From Marsupella aquatica (taxonomy: Eukaryota > Plantae > Marchantiophyta), in the NCBI GenBank assembly GCA_973895155.1, contig OZ316891.1, positions 30,883,112-30,947,111 on the forward strand: 64,000 nucleotides of DNA, written 5' to 3'. Positions 49,166 to 63,647 of this stretch are shown piece by piece. Within the stretch, counting starts at the first letter, position 1; each line of letters starts with the position of its first letter. The notes beneath the pieces were generated by a model. The model was not told the origin of the DNA, ran no database searches, and was given only the letters and a program-made list of their open reading frames with translations. The position numbers and the translations under genes are program-made.

Positions 49166-52100
49166 TGCAGTTATTGCACTTATGGTCGAACTCGTTATGC
49201 AGTAGGGACATTTAATTTATGCAAAGCCCTAAATTAATATTTTGAGCTGTCCTATGCTCGTTTTTCATATTTTAAGCTGGTCTTTGCCATACTTAGTTCT
49301 GTAGATAAGTGTGTTATGAATTGTCATGCTCTCGAATAGCAATGACAGGTGTACCTGAATGTAACCTACAATACAGCATTGTAAGTTAAGTTCTAAATGA
49401 TGTATGGATTCCCATGTCCTCACATTATCATTACCCCCTATCATACGAACTGCCAGAGGGGGGGAAATGAGGATCCGCAACTCGGCTTGTGGCGTGAGAC
49501 AATTGACCTTCACTGGTTGCTGCGATGCGAACTTTTTGTTGCGGATTGCTCGGTTAAAATGAATGGTGGCTGGTTTTGGCAGCTTCTCGTTTAATCTGGT
49601 ACTTCGTTTAACATGGATATGCAAGGTTTGTAGGGCCCTGTGTTCTTAGTCCATGACTGTCCATTTCTTGTTTAAGGCTTTGCCACTACTTGGAGATGTA
49701 TGTAGTGTGTTACTTCATATCTGCGTTAATATGAATCTGTAACGTTAATATATTGCGGTGTCTGTTAGGCAGCTTCTGCCTTAACATGGTGCTTAAGTGT
49801 TCGTTTTGGAGTTGCGGGGTGCGACGGTACTTCGTTATATGGATGCGCAAAGGTTGTCTGGGACTATGTTCTTAGTCTATCTATGACCTCCCTTTTGTTG
49901 TTTAATTCGGATAGTTCTTTGCAACTATATAACTAGATGTAGATTCAGGCGATGAATCATGACTCGAGCCTTCCCAACGCATGGATATTGAGCTACCTGA
50001 GGTTCTGTTTCTGGTTTGAAGTGGGCTCTCGTCCCTCCAACGAAAGTAACGAAAGTAACGAAAGTGGTGGGGCTTCCTTCGAGCTCAGATTTGTTGCTGG
50101 CAGCTCTGGAAAGTCAGTTCCAGCTGGTGACTGATGCGAAGATTATGGCCAAGATTTTGCAGCGTCTCAAACGTCAATTGCACATGGAATGATAGAAGCA
50201 GTTAGCTCAGGTTGAGCCAGGATTCTCACCCTTCTGTTCTGTAAGATTTTGGTCAGAGTTGGCAGGTCTTCCATGGTCGACTTGTGTTATGTTGTTGTCA
50301 TGACTTCAAGAAAGACATACTCTGTCGCCGCCGTGCATACATTTCGTGTCTGCCTATTGGAAAATGTTACTCTCGATAATTTCAGCTCCTTTGAAGGCAG
50401 AAATCAAGTTTGTGACGTCCTGTCTGCGTTCTCGTTTACAGAGTCAAACAATTACTCATCGTGCTTCTTGACGCACTGGGAGAAACACTGTTGTAACGAG
50501 CGACTACGATGTGGTCCACAATTTGAACGTCCTGTGATCTATTGTCAGATTGACAGCCATCAATCATTGTCTTCAATGGGAGTAAAAGGAGGAAGCACTT
50601 CAGATCTGCCCAAGCTGAGTCAGCTGAGGCAATAGATTTTGTGCCTTGTGATTGCTGGGACCCACTCCTCCCAATGATCATTGTACAGTAGGATTCCGAT
50701 CGGCGCAAATGCTTGACTGAACCGCAGGAATCCGAATCCACCATGTGGAGAATGAGGCAGCCCCATCAATAGGGCATTTCTCTGGCACTTAGAAGCCACG
50801 GCTAGCCCACTTGCATATCTTTAGTTCCGCATATAGGATAGAGGTCTTTTCAGGATCGGGATTCGGAAATCTAGGTGCTTTTCGGAGGAGATGCTGCCTA
50901 ATCCGTCCTGCGGATCATTGGCACCTGGGGCCCACTCTAATTCCGTTAGATAAGTGTTCCACTGATGACGTCTACATACATTTTATTGCCTCGTGTCTGA
51001 ACGTTATCTGAATCCTTGGACCCTGACTTTCTGAAGAATTGTTTAGCAGGCCACTCGCTTCTTTGGTCCTCCACCCCCTCTATTAGAAATTGACTACGCG
51101 CTGTTGCTCACCGTGAACATCGTAGGACCAATCAGTATTTTAATGTAACCACTGTAGGACCAGGTAAATTTTGTAGACCTGGACACTTCCACGCACGTTG
51201 TTTACACCCTGTCTCCTTGTGTAATTCCGGTATGTGCATTAGAAGCACGAAAATGCTCATTTGTTTAATAGATTATATATACCCTATTGAAGGTCTTGTT
51301 ACATGCTTCCAGTATGTGCATGAAAAAGAATATGCACCAGTTGGATCTATCTCATCTCTACTCTCACGAACATTTTACACGTGAAAAAGAGTCAAGGCTT
51401 CGATGACGTCAATTGCTGCACGCACTAAGACGATATAATCTGAACATCGTATATGTGCCACTGTTTGGAAGGCGTTCTACCCTTTGTAAGTTACCAAAAT
51501 CTTTCCATTATGTTCTGTGGGCACCTCCTGCATACCAGTTTATGATTGGGACAGGTCTAAATCTATGACGTCTGATCTATTTTACAGTTGGTGGATAATT
51601 TACACTCACTATGAGAACAACATTTTGGACAGAGGTAGCGGAGATGTGTTAAGCAAGTGTATGTGTACCCCGGTCATTTGTACGCCGTTGTTATGTGATG
51701 CCATAACAAAGGTTGGCTGTGACGTTTTGGACTTTTGATTTTTTGGCAACACTTATACAGGGTACAGTAGTTTGGCAAGGTTTTTGTTTTGTTTGCTTTC
51801 CTCGGAAAACTCAATGGATTTCATTGAGAAAGCCAGCATACTACAAGGGGTTTGGAAAGGTTTTTGTCCCTACCATAAAACAATTTTATGTCCTTGGTCA
51901 TACCTCAGTTTTGACTCTGCTTTGACAAGCCCTAATGTACAGGCAGAGGCACAGAAGTGCTACAGTGGAGCCGATCCTGATGGTACCAAGTTCAAAATTA
52001 GATCAAATGTGATTCTTAGAGGTTTTGGGCGATGATAGAGTTGCGCAATTGAGTCACATGTAGGATTCAGTTATGGCAATAGTAATGCCCTGGTTGGAAT

Positions 52101-53559
52101 TTGGGGAAAGGAGTTTGGGCAATTGAATGTGTCCGATTAGGTGGCCGTGAGTTTGAGTTATAGCCCTAATCAAATGTGGAGTGTGGAGATATAGCATGTT
52201 CCTCCTGGAACATGTCTCTTTTTTGTCTTCTAGTGATATGTAATTCATTTAAGCAGGGACATGTAAAATATATGCACATAAAATCACATTATGACCAAGA
52301 AAGTACAAAGGTACTAAAGAGTTGAGTTGTGCACATACAGTACAGATTTTCATTTGCTTTTAGGTAATGACATTCAACTCAATTAAAACCATAAATTTTG
52401 CAAAGTAAACCATGAGGGGAACTTAATACACCAGATGTTCACATTGATTAAATTCATTTCTTACACTCTCATGAGAAAAAAGAGAATTCACTAAGGAGTG
52501 AAAAGGAAAGATTAAACCTTGATGAGGGGAGCCAATATATTCAAAATACTCTAAGTTCACTAAAATTAAGAGGGGTCCTAAAGTTAATTCAAAATCAAAT
52601 TAATACATTTACATTGTTAAGGCACATTGAAATCAAGATACTTGACACAAAATATGAATGAGACAAAATCTGAAAGGTGGATTCACCATATAGCAGCCTT
52701 AAGAAAAGGAAGTTTGGTTGGTGAAATTAGTGTCTCTGGTGCCAATGGCAAAGACTCTAGATAGTGACTATGGGTGCCCTAAAGCTCAGTGATGAGGCTT
52801 GGTGCCCAAAAGTTTGGGGTGAGTCAACTGGTAGAGAGAGAAAGCGGCCCCCACACCTGAGGGCTCGTAATTTAAGTTGTGAATACCCCATGCAGGGTTG
52901 GCTATAATGTGCTCTTAGCTAGTCTAGTAGTCTGTCATGTCCTGTCGCTACAGGAGAAAACAAAAGGAGCCTACCATGAGGCATTTCAGAGCTGCCATTT
53001 TACCTGTCTATAACTCAAAGTTATGGACTACTGACCAAAAACAGTTACAGATAACCGAATCTGTGATTTGGTAACGCCAAGACTTAAAGATTGGTCATAA
53101 GAATTGGTCCCAAGAATTAGACACAAGAAACCTGTATAGGATGGGGAAAAATAACCCAAAAGTTATAGACAGATAGTGCGACAAATGGCCTCAAGTGTGA
53201 TTATACAGCCTTAGACTGATTTGTGTGAGCATTGCTCATAAATAGATTGTGAATTGGTACCCTTTTCCAGTTCCACCTGTGTCCCAAGAGTCAGGGTCTA
53301 CAAGTTTTCACTCTAATCTGTTGCCCCTTATTCCAGTTCTTGATTGCAGTTAGTTACATACATATTTTTTGTCTCTCAGTTCATCTTATGCTGCTATCTC
53401 CTGCCCTGCCAATATAATCAAACTAGTCCAATGTTTGAGCACAACTTCACTCAACTCCTTGCACCAGGACAAAAAAACAAACTACCCCCATTACTGACCC
53501 ATTAATGGGTCTGCTTCTACCCATGATCTCTTTTTACTTTTAGGCAAATCTTGCTATTC

Positions 53560-54440
53560 AGGACAAAAATAGAAAAAAAAACACAAACGAATTCTGTAGA
53601 AACAGGATCAATTACTAAAGAGTGTCAAGTGCCAAAACCTAGTGTAATGGCGTAAAGCAAAACACAAACACAAATGAAACACAAACAAGTTCTGGAGGAA
53701 AATGGATCAATTATTAAAGACCATCAAGTGCCAAAAACAAAGTGTAATGAAGTCAGGATAGACACAAACATTTGAGAAAAAGCCCTGATGGACAAACATA
53801 ACCTGGATGGACACGGAACAAACCTAAGATTGTGCTTGTGTAACCGCTTTTCACTTGTGCTCCGATGGTGACCTGTAAGGAGATGTCTGACCGGGAGCAG
53901 GAGGTTTTAGGTTGAGTTTAAACATACTTAACGTAATGTTTAAATCTCGGTTAGCTTCCATTCATAAGACACCTGTAATCCATTTTGGGTTGTCATTAGG
54001 GATTGGTGTTACAGTGTCAATAGGCTGTGTACATCCGGGTTGTCCCTACAAACGTTTGTGTCTATCCTGGCTTTAAGTTCAAGTGTATGGAGTACAAGCA
54101 AAAAGACAAAAGAAACACAAACGAGTTCTCGAGAAAAAGGATCAATTACTGAAGAGTGCCAAAACCTAGTGTAATGGAGTAAAAGCAAAACACAAAAGAC
54201 AAAAGTAATACAAACATGTTCTGGGGCAAAAGGATCAATGACTAAAGAGTGTCAAGTGCCAAAAACCTAGTAAACACTTGATGTTTGTTGTTATTGTACC
54301 TTGCTTTTACTAGGTTTACAAAAAGAAAAGAAAAAAAACACAAACGAGTTCTGGAGAAAAAGGACCCATTACTCAAACGTGGGCCAAGTGCCACACAAAA
54401 CGCGTAATGTAAAAGATGTGCAGAGAGGACAAACACGAAA
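53560..54440. repeat. A-rich dispersed tandem repeat (about 5 copies of ~100 bp) interrupted by a MITE-like insert
   Basis: ACACAAACGAGTTCTGGAGAAAAAGGATCAATTACTAAAGAGTGTCAAGTGCCAAAACCTAGTGTAATGG recurs. Confidence 0.8.
53752..54071. mobile_element. MITE-like insert with ~40-bp imperfect TIRs
   Basis: GTCAGGATAGACACAAACATTTG...CCCTGATGGACA versus TGTACATCCGGG...CAAACGTTTGTGTCTATCCTGGC; no clear TSD. Confidence 0.6.
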
Positions 54441-54454
54441 GCAAAAAAGGTGTC

Positions 54455-54479
54455 TCTAGTCTAGTCTAGTCTAGTCTAG
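54455..54479. repeat. (CTAGT)5 microsatellite at the start of a GC-rich probable 5' leader
   Basis: CTAGTCTAGTCTAGTCTAGTCTAG. Confidence 0.9.
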
Positions 54480-55063
54480 GGTTTCGCTCGTGGCAAGCTC
54501 GGTGGCTATGGCGTCCAGGAGTCGGAGAGGGCAGATCGAGGAGACGAGCCTATGGGAGCTCGACGGGCCGGAATATTCTCAGGGCCCGCGAGAGCAAGGA
54601 AGGCACGCAGGCGGAAAAGAGCTTTTGATGGAGTGCCTCATCAGCCCGCCGGCGTGGAGGAGTTCAAGGAGAGCCGGAGCTGCGTGCGTGGAGGATTGAC
54701 TGATTCGGTTTTGGACTTCTCCTGTGCACGGGAGGAGAGAACGACAAGCATTGGCGTGGATTATCGTCGAAGGAAGGGCCTCAAGGCTCAAAGGGGGAAT
54801 TCGGACGGAGCCAATTCCAGTATGGATGATGATCGTCAATTACACACTAGTCCCGGCGGCGAGGTTCGTTGCTCTTCCCGGCTGCTGTGACTTTTTTCAC
54901 CGCCGGTGGCGACTGCGATTCTACGCTAAGCTAAGCTTCTGGTGCGTCGGCGTGCTTTCTGTCTTCTTCGTTGGGAGTGTACTTTCCCGTCCCTCAAGTA
55001 GAGGCTCCATCCATCAATTGTGCATGTCGTTTGTCTCCTCCACCTTCTAACGTGATTGGCTCG

Positions 55064-55135
55064 TTGATTGATGGATTGATGGATGGATTGATGGATGGAT
55101 TGATTGATGGATTGATTGATGGGTTGATTGATGGG
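55064..55135. repeat. Compound (GATT)/(GATG) microsatellite
   Basis: TTGATTGATGGATTGATGGATGG... Confidence 0.9.
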
Positions 55136-55774
55136 TGCCTTGTTGGCATGAGTTTGTGGATGTCTGCTGTACTGCTCTCTCGATCTTCGTTGTCCGCCAC
55201 GGTTTCGTCGCGGGGAACTGAGTCGGACGGTCGTCGACTCCAGTAGCAAACATTTAGTCAAAGATTTGCCTCGGGGAGGATCATGTGCGATGTCGCTTTA
55301 TACCATCGAAATTGATACGGAAATTGATCTGCGGCTGTCAGCAGGGGAGTGTGAAGTGGCAGAGTTTTGTGTAAGTTTTTCTTATGGTCGATGCCCTGTG
55401 CGCCACAGGATGGCCGGAAGGGCCAGTTGAGTTGATTAATGAGTGGAAAGAAGGGGGACAATTGATGAAATATCCCGTGATGCGAATCCGTACCGGATGA
55501 AGCATTAATTGTGGGAGTGCCTCTCTATTTTGGTGGGACGGAGCGGTTTTTTCCCGACAGGCAACACCTCCCCTACGTGTGCGTGCTGAAGTCGGGTTGA
55601 TTCATTCTCGTGTAGAGAAGAGACGTCTAAATGCTGCAATTGTTGACGTCGAGCACAAGACAGTGCTGTGAATTGTTCTCACCTAAGTGGTGCTGGCCGA
55701 TAAGTTATTCTCGTGGTCACTCATACTTGTTCATACGGTCCCTTTCACTGGTTCCACTGCTGTGCGAGTGAGCA

Positions 55775-56122
55775 GACAAAAGATTACTTTCACTCATACA
55801 AACAGGTAAAGAGTCATTCCGACTGGGAGGGCTGGGTGTGTCCAGCACGACGTTCAGCGGAGAGGAAAATTTACATCTGAATCGACCACTAGTTCATCAG
55901 AACGGCTGTCCGTTAAGAATTAAGCGTTTTGTTCGTGATCCTGTTTTGGACAAAAGATTACTTTCACTCATACAAACAGGTAAAGAGTCATTCCGACTGG
56001 GAGGGCTGGGTGTGTCCAGCACGACGTTCAGCGGAGAGGAAAATTTACATCTGAATCGACCACTAGTTCATCAGAACGGCTGTCCGTTAAGAATTAAGCG
56101 TTTTGTTCGTGATCCTGTTTTG
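55775..56122. repeat. Apparently perfect 174-bp tandem duplication upstream of the IDD CDS
   Basis: 55775-55948 matches 55949-56122 with no difference seen. Confidence 0.95.
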
Positions 56123-56785
56123 GAACAAATGGCGTAAGAGCACACCCATACTGTTAATAATGGCGTAAGAGCACACCCAGACTGTCATTCTGTCTGTAAC
56201 GCCAGTCGACTTGGGAACACAAGGCACTAGTGCCAGACACTTCGCCAAGCACTGTCTTTAATTGGCTACTGAACTCGAATTGCATAAGAATTAGGAGTTC
56301 ACCTCTTAATTTGAAGGAAGATTTTGCAAACTGCAATGTATTTGCATCATTTGCGTGCATCACCGGAAAACACCGCTGTATTATATGCCTGGCCTGAGTA
56401 GCGACTGTCCCGTACTTCCGTGTTGGTCGCTGTTGTACTTGTGGACCATGAACCATCTTGATTGTGGTGGATTGGGACACAGTCTTTTTGTCTCCTCGAG
56501 GATTCTTAGAAAGAAAACATATCCTGAGCCTGTTTGTTCGCCTTGTTCAGGTGGAAAAACTATTGCACTTGTCATGGCGCTCATTGGAAGGAGTCCAAGG
56601 TTAACAGTGGGTCTTCTCGAAATGTCGTCTACGCGCCTGCCACGAACCTAAGGTGAAAGTGCAACTGTCAGCAGTTATCTTCTCTTACGAGCCCGAAGAG
56701 TCGCTCGTTTTCCAATTTGAAAACGACAGAGCAGGTTGAAAGAACAGTTCAATCCGAAAGAAGAATCGCTAGTGCGGTGGGGAGG

Positions 56786-58517
56786 ATGACGTCCTCCAGT
56801 CACAACTCTGCAGCGTCCGGGGATGTGGCGACTTCTGAAAGCAGTTCCGGGGACGATAACGCCGTCGTTGCCAAGCCTCTCGCACCGGCGTCGCCCACAA
56901 CGTCGACGCCAGCACCTCCAGACAAAAACGACGGCGAGCAAGAGATGACCATTGCTATGAAACTGGCAGGGTCTAAAAGAAAAAGAAATCTTCCCGGAAC
57001 TCCAGGTGATTATCTGCGTCTGAATTTCAAATTTGATCATAACCAGACAGAGTGTCTGCTTGAGTGTTATATGTATGCGTATTATTTCGCCTCTCGCAAA
57101 TCATCTGACACATGAATTTGGTGGAAAGGAATTGGTAGCCGATTATTTGAACCCCGTATTCAAATTTTCTTGCGTGGTTCTGATACGAGACAAACTTGCA
57201 CTGAGCACCAGTTTTAGATTAATCAGTCAGCCTTAAGAGGAGCTGCTTCAGTGCTTCTCAACAGCTGTCTTAAGATTATGGCTTTGGACTGTAGAAGGTA
57301 GCTCTCACGAGGGGCTCAGTTCGGCCTAAACCTTTGGATTTCAGTAGCACTTTCATGCCTTTTGTGAGGAAAGAGTAGAAAGCTTACGGAATCTTGGGAA
57401 TGCGGAGCTAGCACTGTTCAAAATGATCTGGAGCAAAGTTAGCCAAAGTTCGTCGAAGAGAACCTTGCGGTTCTAAACAATTACTTTATCCGATACAAAT
57501 TGTTTCCATGTACCTATCAGTTTGTGTGTGAGATAGGAATGCCACATTCTCCGGACGTTTTCCCTCTCCTCGTGACGTATTGCACAAACCACAGGCTTCG
57601 AAGTCTGGTATTGCCACTGACGAATAAAGTTCTGGTTGAGCAGCTCCAGATGCAGAAGTGGTCGCGCTGTCTCCAAAGACTTTGATGGCAACACACAAAT
57701 TCACTTGCGAAGTTTGTGGGAGGGGCTTTCAAAGAGAGCAAAATCTACAGCTACATAAGCGTGGACACAATCTACCTGGGAGCCTCAAGCCTCGCGCTAC
57801 TAAAGACAAAGAGGTACGGAAGAAGGTGTATGTCTGTCCAGAGGAAACATGTGTGCACCATGATCCTTCACGAGCTTTGGGAGACTTAACTGGTATCAAG
57901 AAGCACTTCTGTCGAAAGCATGGTGAGAAGAAGTGGCACTGTGAAAAATGCTCGAAGAGATATGCGGTACTGTCGGATTGGAAAGCTCATTCAAAAACTT
58001 GCGGAACACGAGATTACAAGTGTGAATGCGGCAGTGTCTTCTTCAGGTAGTCTCATCCTCCTCTTTACTCTCGTTTACGATTAACTGGATACGAACGACG
58101 TTTATAATCTATCAGTTGTGAATAGATAAATCTTCATAAAAGTTGCAACGAAATTGTACAGATGTGTGGGGGTTCTATTGTCTATGGCATGTCATAATTG
58201 ATCGATTGTAAACTTTTTCGTAAGCAGTTTAATCCAATGCCGGTGTGTGACGGAGCGTGCTACGCATACTTATCTTGATATATCGTGAACTTTGGGCGTG
58301 TCCCATGACAATCTTTGAAATTTGGTCTGTGACGAGCTTGCTACGCATTCTTATCTTGATATATTGTGAACTTTGGGCGTGTTCCATGAAATCTTTGAAA
58401 TTATATGGACGTGAAGCATTTATTTTTCATTGGCAAAATTGTGCAGAAGAGATAGTTTCGAAACACATAAAGCATTCTGTGATCAACTCGCTCAGGAGAC
58501 TTCAAAATTGGCAGAAG
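56786..58517 (+). CDS. IDD: INDETERMINATE DOMAIN (IDD/BIRD) C2H2/C2HC zinc-finger transcription factor; exons 56786-57005, 57644-58046, 58447-58517; the rest was not identified and may lie beyond the window
   Basis: KRKRNLPGTP-APDAEVVALSPKTLMAT, FTCEVCGRGFQREQNLQLHKRGH, CPEETCVHHDPSRALGDLTGIKKHFCRKH, CEKCSKRYAVLSDWKAHSKTC, CECGSVFFR-RDSFETHKAFC; intron positions typical of IDD genes. Confidence 0.95.
58246..58402. repeat. ~82-bp tandem duplication in IDD intron 2
   Basis: GTGACG(G)AGC.TGCTACGCAT.CTTATCTTGATATAT.GTGAACTTTGGGCGTGT.CCATGA twice. Confidence 0.88.
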
Positions 58518-61500
58518 GTGAGGTTTTCAGGTTGCACGTCTATGCTCGGGATATTGTTACCCGATTTCCATCTCTTCTGTTCTCCAATATGGTTACAGCT
58601 GGAATTCACGTTGGTCCGGATGAGCAACCTGTGCCTTTGAGGACCAGCATTTACTTGGTGTGAGAGGCTTGTAACGTAAGAAATAGATAGGGCACTGCAA
58701 TAATATCTGAAAAACTAACTAGTTGCTAATTTGATGTAGCAAAGGGAACTTCTTAGCAAGCTGCGCTGAATTGCAAAAGACGATCCAAGGCCGTGACTGG
58801 TTGCGAGAAAGTATAATGCTGCAAATACAGGGACCGTCGTAGTGGCTATAGCGGAGATGTTCCTACTGCCAAGGTATTCTCTCTTGGACGGTTTTGCTCT
58901 GTTGCATTTTATGTTTAGGCCAGCGAAAGTTTATGGTCATGCTCGTATATATGGACTTCATCATCACTTCAAGTGCAACGAGAGCAGGACCTTGTAATTG
59001 GAAAATTTATCGAATTTCCGTGGTAGTGTTGAACAGTGGCTCGTAAATTGTAAATAGTTTTTGATGTGGTTTTCAGATTAGGTTCCCTGAAGAGTCTCAT
59101 CCCAAAAAGACCACCCCAGTGATGAGAGAGTACTTCCCGTAGAGTTGTTTTCAAAGTATTATTCTTTGCCTCCTCTGTACGAACAGAGTGAATGAGTTCT
59201 CACTGATCGGGCTTAGACATTCTGGTGCTTGTAATCGATGTGAATATGGAAACCATGGTGAAGGAGTTAAGGTTCTAACAATTTAAAATTATTGCTCCTG
59301 TCACTCGAGTTATGGCCCCTTAGTAATCCGCACATAAAATGTACTAAAACTTATAGCAACAATGATAATTAAAAAATCACAGAATGGACATTCGTTTGCC
59401 TGTCCTTTTTATGTGCACTTACTGGATGGCTAAGTTATGGTCAACAAATCATACAGCAGTCTCTTAATCTGACACTTAGCTGGTGAAATGAGTGAGCGAA
59501 CGTGTCATTAGATTTGAGGGAGAAACCACAATATCGTTGACGTTGGTTATCTGCAAGAGTCTGGTTTAATGGTCGGTTAGACCAAATCTAGTATTATGGA
59601 AGATTTCAAACTTAAATTCGACGCAACAGGGGGAAATTTCAGCGGAAGTTAAGTCTTGGAACCTCCTGCATTGCGATGGCTACTTGGTCAATGGCTTAAG
59701 GGTTTGCGCCCTTTGTATGCTCTAGTGGCAGTTTCTGCTCAGAGAATGACGTCTTTTTTAAACGCGACATAGGAACATGGATGGCATATTAGTTGGTCTA
59801 TCTTCTGCTGGAAAGAAATGCGAATTTTCAAATGTGGCATTGGAGGACAGCAAATGCATTGGTCAATACTCTGCTGGGAAAGTTGTGTCTTCCAAGTCTA
59901 ATAAAGGAAGATGGATAGTACAACAGTCGTTCTTCTGAAAATATAGAGAATTGGGGTGACTTGATTGCAACAGAAATAAGACCAAAATTATACTTTCTAT
60001 CTTTCCAACCTGATTCACAAACGATCATGCGACGGGGATGAAAGCCAGGACTCTTAAGAATATCGAGTTGGTCAGATTGGCCGTTTACGATTTAAATGAA
60101 GTTGAATGCATGAGAATGGCCAGAAGTGCTGGATCTGTTGGTCAACGGGCTCCATTAAGAATGCCTTCGTCATAATCTTGCGACACATGTTCCTCCGCGA
60201 AAACTCATTTGTTCGTTTACCGGTTTTCTGATGGAGGTTTCCCTTGGGGTGCTGAGAACCTGCAGCTTTTCAATGGGACTGATTCAATTTCCTCCAACAC
60301 CTAATATATTATTTGGTTCCTCTCTATCAATTGATTGTTTTGAATCAGTTTAGAGTTCCGTCACCCTTGGATGTCATTAGGCAGCTCGTGGAGATCAGGG
60401 GTTTGGATCTGCTCGCTATTTGGTATCCTGTATTTTTGCTCACTTTCTGAAGTGTAACTTTTGACTCTTTGAAGTACGTCTTCTGGATCCTGAAAGTAAG
60501 TTGAAATTCCAGTAATTTTCCAGTAGCCTGGTGACATGTGGTGATCATCCTCTTTGATAAATCCTCAAGCGATATTCATTTATACCGAGTTATGATGTGA
60601 AATCATATCCTGAACAATGAGAGCTAGTGAGTCTAGAGTCATTCTTGTTGTTTCTGCAGTCACCAATAAGTTGGTTGGGATCCACAGCACTTTTGTACCT
60701 AGGCTCGGTACAGTACCATGCTATTATTTTATCTTTCTACATTTTCGTGATTGAGCCCATTGTAGACCCTGCCTCGAGGCCCGGTGGATTTGTTGTTGAC
60801 ACTGCAAAACCGTGTTGATGGAAAGCAAACCCGAGAGCTGCAGATGGAAGTGAGTTCTGATTATGTGGTCTTGATTTCCTGAACAGATTGGAGCAACCAT
60901 CCTCCGAGATTATGGACTGGTGGACGAGTTAAAAGTGAGCAAGGCGAAGCCTTGATGCATTACTCGTTAGACTCTGTTGGCGCACAGTATTGTCATCCGC
61001 ATATCATCAACGATCTGTATTTAGCGGCTGTGACTTTCCTTTGTGTTGCCCAAGAACACTTAGTTCAAGTTTCCATTGAAGATGGCTGCCAGGTTACATC
61101 GCCAGGAGCCGTCTTTGTGATTTGCCATGTGCGCTTCTACGAAATTTTGCATACATGCCTGAAGGGGGCCTGGCACTCTCAACAATCTGGATCAAATTGA
61201 GGGGTGACCATTCCCAGCTGTAGATTGTTATGATTGTTCCATTGTCTTGCTATTTTTGCCGAAATCACGGCACATTCGGTTCAGAATTAGTCACAACCCC
61301 GCATTTTTTATGTGAAATAAAGCTGCCAGTACTTGAAGGATATTGTTAGAGCTTTTAATGGTGCAGGTCAGGTTAGGGAGAAAATATGTACAAAGTTAGT
61401 CGATCCCAGCAGGGCTTGAAACACCACTTAGAGCCCATTTCTGTAGATAGACGCACAGGTGATGGACATATGGGAAGTAGAGAATCTCATTTTTCCTGTC

Positions 61501-63647
61501 CATTTACTGAAAGTTGGTTATGTGCCAGTTTTTGTTTGTCTGGAATTCTCAGCCAACTGCTCTTAAGGTCGTAAAGACATCCAAATTCCAAGGATGTATT
61601 TCAATGACTGCAGGATATGTGAATGCTCACAAGGGACACCATTACCTTCCTGCTAGTACTCAGCGTTCTTCGTGTGTTTACAATGGGACGTGAAATTATT
61701 CATGCGTATTGCTTACTTAGTCTAGGGCCTTCAAATGTGGCAGCTCCTCTGGGAGCTAGTGCATGCATTTCACTTCGTGAACTATACTGGCAAGATGTGG
61801 CCAAGGTGTACAAGTGAGCGTCTTATGTGAAGTTTCGCTTAGGCTTTGATTCGTTACTGAAAGGAGATTCTGGTGCCCATGTGAAAACTATAGTGGCAGG
61901 GATTTCCTGTGGCTCTTGACTTCGCTCACAAGATGACCGGGGATTTGATGGGAACTCTTGCGATGCTGCTCTTGAAACCTGCGCTTGTTGGCGAATTCTA
62001 CATTTGAAGGATGGAAAGATCTTGTGTGTTATTCGGTGGATCAGATCATCTCACAGTTCAGTTGACATCTGGGTGTGGGTTAGAGTCTCTTCGAAAGCTG
62101 CTGAGAAAGAGTTAAGAACACCGAGCAATAAACAAATAATGCACTGAAGTGGGAGAGCTTTCCTATCTACTTAGAAAAAAGCATATTTGTGCTTCAGTTT
62201 CACATTGATGGTCACCACACATCATTACAAAGTCATACGGTCTCACACGCCATTTAGGTGGGGAGAGATTGTCTACTCAAAAGAAGCTGATTTTGTGCTT
62301 CTGTGTTACATTAATTGGCACATCTATTTTCATCACCCATCAGACGAAGTTACAAAGTCTCACACGTCATTCAGGTGGGTCGTATTCTCATCAAGGACTC
62401 ACTGAAAGGGACCTCGTTGGACTCGGTCATTGGCCATCATTGTCGGGCTTGCTATTCCCTGCAGTATTAAATGGCTAGTCGAGCTTCCAATTTGTTTTTA
62501 GGCTTGGCCCCAGCCTGTCGGAACTTGGTCTACCCTGAGTACTGTCCCCCTTGCGGGCCACCCTCTGTGTAAGCAATCTTTTGTTTCCTTTTGAAATCGA
62601 TGACATTTTTATTGCAATCCAACAGAGGAATGCTGGCTATGCTTCGGATGAAATTCGAAAACATTAAAAAAAGATCTTTCAAGGCCAAAGTCTCACACCA
62701 CCTAATCTATGCATGTTCTGCGAATCCCTTTCTATCGTGCACTCCCTCTCCCACGTAATTCCCACAGCCTTTAATGGCTTCGTTGTCTTCCTTTAAGATG
62801 GCTCCGTACCAGCTCTGGACACAATTTTCCTCGTTTCACCTTTCAACCACACACGCAGCAGTGCAACACAACCTACACCGTGACCACACCCCATCAAATG
62901 AGGTTCCAGTTGTCGAATTTCAACTTCAGGCCCACTCTCATGTAGTCATCTTGGTCACCAACCAGCCACCCCTTTCCCAGGCTAATTAGGAGTACTTTAC
63001 AACCCAGTGGGAGCACTTGGGAGGTTTTTTCACTAAAGCAAGCTGCAGGGCCATTGCACACACTAAATATAGTGTCCTGGGGCCAAAAGCATTTGTGGAA
63101 TACTTTTATGGCCCCCCAAGGTATTGTAAAGTGAAGTGCAGCCAGTGATGCTAGATTAATTTGCTAAAAGACACATTGAGGACCCACTCCATCTGACTGT
63201 CACATATTATGTGGCTAAAGTCTCTCTGATGTGACAAGAGAAGATCTTATGAAGTACTTGTGGGTCCCTTTTTAATGCAAATGACTTGCAATAGGAATGG
63301 ACCAAGGGGCCAGAAGAAGGGACCTCCAAAAGACGTGGTCTAAAATCTAGGGACAAAAGGCTGCTCCACTTAGTAAAACTTGGGCCCCATTCCATTCCAT
63401 GTAGGATTGGTAACAGGTTTGGTTGAAAGTGCCCCCAACGTTTTGTAAAGTGAACAGCAGCAGTTTCTCCCGAATGGATGGCCCTGATTAGATGTTGGGG
63501 ACCAAAAAGAAAGAAAGCGGAAACTGCCCCAACCTCTTGTAAAGCCACCCTTATTACAAATTCCATAAGAGATTAGCAAAAGGCCTAAGGACCCAACTGC
63601 ATGTGGTATCTACATGCAAGGGGATCTGTTGGACCAGGACAGATTGG

